Origin: a virus
Lineage: Duplodnaviria > Caudoviricetes
Length of the DNA: 34,796 bases
IMG/VR virus record: IMGVR_UViG_3300025502_000082
Location: 1 to 34,796 of that record
Strand: one strand, 5' to 3'
Below the pieces are notes generated by a model, which made no database searches, was not told the origin of the DNA, and worked only from the letters and a program-made list of their open reading frames with translations. The position numbers and the translations under genes are program-made. Each line of letters opens with the position of its first letter. Position 1 is the stretch's first letter. Below are positions 33,026 to 34,796 of the stretch, piece by piece.

Positions 33026-34161
33026 TGGCTGGCGTATTATATTGGGCCATTTACCCATCTGGGGATAGCGATCCGACTGATACACAGATCATCACTGAGA
33101 CTGTGCCAGATGGCATACATGGCAGCGACACGGCACCTACGACAACAGGTGCATTTGCAGGCACAGCTATATCCGGGTTAGCCGCGTCCACAAGCTACAA
33201 GCTGGCAGCAGTATGGGATGACGGTACAGACACGAGTAATGTGGTGGTTGGTAGTGCGTTTGTTACGGCTGCCGTAATCACCGCCTCGGGGGCGGTGCAG
33301 GGGCAGAGTATAGGCGGAGTCACACTGACGCAGGGCTATGATCTGGCTGTCGGCGGCTTGAGCCAGGGGCATTCACTTGGCCCTGTCACACTGACACAAT
33401 CCAGTAGTCTTGCGCCTAACCCAGTAGCCCAAGGGCATACGGTGGCTCAGGCGGGCATCACGCAGGCCAATGAGCTGGCATCCGGAGCCATAGCCCAAGG
33501 GCACGCAATAGGCGCGTCTGAGTTGACGCAGGCCAACATCATCGCCACGGCATCACTGGGTCAAGGCCAAAGCGTTGCAGTATCGGCGCTGACTCAGGCG
33601 AATGATCTAGGCCCTGATGCCGTCATCCAGGGGCAAACCACCACCAGCCCCTCGCTGACCGTAGCCGGGGACATGCTGGTTGACGCGCTTACGCAGGCTA
33701 CAGGTCTAAGCGTTGCACAGCTTACCCAGTCCCATGTGCTCAGTATTGAGCCTATCGGACAGGGCCACGCCATAGCGGCTGTGAGCGTGTCTCAGGCGGG
33801 TGGATTGCTGGCTGATGCGTTGTCTCAGGGTCAGTCGTTAGGTGGCTCAGGTATCACACAGGCAAACCAACTGGCCGTTACCGAATTAGTGCAAGCGCAG
33901 ACGGTAGAGCAGGCCACCACGGCCCTCGCTGACCTGCTGAACATCGATGCGCTAAGCCAGTCGCAATTCGCTGGGCAGGCCAGCCTGACGCAGTCACATA
34001 TCTTGAACGTCGATAGGCTGACACAAGCCCAACTCATTCAGGCCGTGAACTTCGGTGGGATGGTTGTCGGCACGCTCAAAGGCGAGATACGCATTTACGC
34101 GCTGGTAGACGGCGCAATCTCAATCGAACAAGCCCTCAAGGGCACCATTACCATCCACTGA
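33025..34161 (+). CDS. Fibre-like protein: FN3-like N-terminus plus about twelve 22-aa repeats
   Basis: ISGL.ASTSY motif; repeat xxxLxQG(H/Q)xLxxxxLTQxxxLx. Confidence 0.75.
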   Translation: MAGVLYWAIYPSGDSDPTDTQIITETVPDGIHGSDTAPTTTGAFAGTAISGLAASTSYKLAAVWDDGTDTSNVVVGSAFVTAAVITASGAVQGQSIGGVTLTQGYDLAVGGLSQGHSLGPVTLTQSSSLAPNPVAQGHTVAQAGITQANELASGAIAQGHAIGASELTQANIIATASLGQGQSVAVSALTQANDLGPDAVIQGQTTTSPSLTVAGDMLVDALTQATGLSVAQLTQSHVLSIEPIGQGHAIAAVSVSQAGGLLADALSQGQSLGGSGITQANQLAVTELVQAQTVEQATTALADLLNIDALSQSQFAGQASLTQSHILNVDRLTQAQLIQAVNFGGMVVGTLKGEIRIYALVDGAISIEQALKGTITIH

Positions 34162-34171
34162 GGACATCATC

Positions 34172-34531
34172 ATGGGTAAATTAGTACCTGACGCCATCAT
34201 TGATCTGATGCTGGTAGAAGCCGAGGGCACCAATATTCACATCTGTAGCGCAGAGCCCGCCAACTATGCGGGAATTTCTGCTGTAGAGCTGGCAACCGCA
34301 ACGATCAGCGGTAGCTATGCAAAGGCCAACGGTGATACCAGCGGCAGGAAGAACACCCTGCCTGCTCAGACCGATCTCGACATCGATGCGACCGGCACTG
34401 CCACTCATGTGGTGGTCAGTAACGGGTCTGACACGATGAGACTGGTCACCACCTGCACAAGCCAAGCCCTCACCTCCGGTGGCACCGTGTCCACCAGTGC
34501 GTTCGCGCATGAAATCCTCGACGCATCATAA
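34172..34531 (+). CDS. Putative virion structural protein
   Basis: CSAEP..Y...LA......ANGD.SGRK....AQ......GTATHV; GAGGA RBS. Confidence 0.7.
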   Translation: MGKLVPDAIIDLMLVEAEGTNIHICSAEPANYAGISAVELATATISGSYAKANGDTSGRKNTLPAQTDLDIDATGTATHVVVSNGSDTMRLVTTCTSQALTSGGTVSTSAFAHEILDAS

Positions 34532-34541
34532 GGAGATTGCT

Positions 34542-34745
34542 ATGCGCCGCATTGAGTTTACTGAAACCGTCAAGATAGGCCCCGATTCATATGAGGCCGG
34601 AGACCGCCGATCATTCGCCGATGCAGAGGCTTCCGAGTACATCCGACTAGGCTGGGCAAAAGACCCAGATACCGGAGAGACCGGCGATCGCACACCAGGG
34701 TCCCAAAGGCTGCGGGTTGACCCTGTGGTTCAGCAGGCCAAGTAA
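34542..34745 (+). CDS. Small hypothetical protein (67 aa), spans the circular junction
   Basis: AAGGAG RBS; Y..GD...F....A..YI..GWA.D. Confidence 0.75.
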   Translation: MRRIEFTETVKIGPDSYEAGDRRSFADAEASEYIRLGWAKDPDTGETGDRTPGSQRLRVDPVVQQAK

Positions 34746-34796
34746 ATGAGCGGCGTGCTGTATCTGGATAACTCCAGCGTCATTGAGCTGGTTGGG
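34611..34796. repeat. Terminal direct repeat copy 2
   Basis: Matches 1-186. Confidence 0.97.

Noticed and set aside
33283-34060. CRISPR array or DGR template/variable repeats
   Set aside because: Repeats are degenerate, coding and 66-nt periodic without spacers; no cas or reverse transcriptase gene in the genome

Overview
The window is a complete, circularly permuted siphovirus-type phage genome of about 34,610 bp. Positions 34611-34796 repeat 1-186 with one mismatch, which is an assembly overlap. The host is probably a gammaproteobacterium. Gene order: HNH, cos, terS, terL, portal, protease, HK97 capsid, neck, tail tube, chaperones, tape measure, a D3112/GTA-like tail-tip module and spanins. 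Then alpA with a dusA-type attP, and a leftward early operon (two membrane peptides, RecT-like, YqaJ exonuclease, SSB-like, a tRNA-like structured RNA, a DUF551 fusion). Then a rightward early operon (Cro-like, HTH, a structured non-coding region plus a mini replication initiator, SNF2-like ATPase plus DNA methyltransferase, NinB, SutA-like, NinG, Q). Last come holin/endolysin and an extra fibre/adhesin module placed before the terminase. Main points of interest: (1) att and excisionase are present but no integrase or CI is recognisable; (2) a ~390-nt highly base-paired non-coding element with its own antisense RNA sits where the DNA-binding half of the replication initiator should be; (3) a tRNA-shaped RNA with Watson-Crick kissing loops; (4) an FN3-like domain apparently split between an adhesin and a 22-residue-repeat fibre protein. 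All family calls come from motif recognition by eye; no searches were run.
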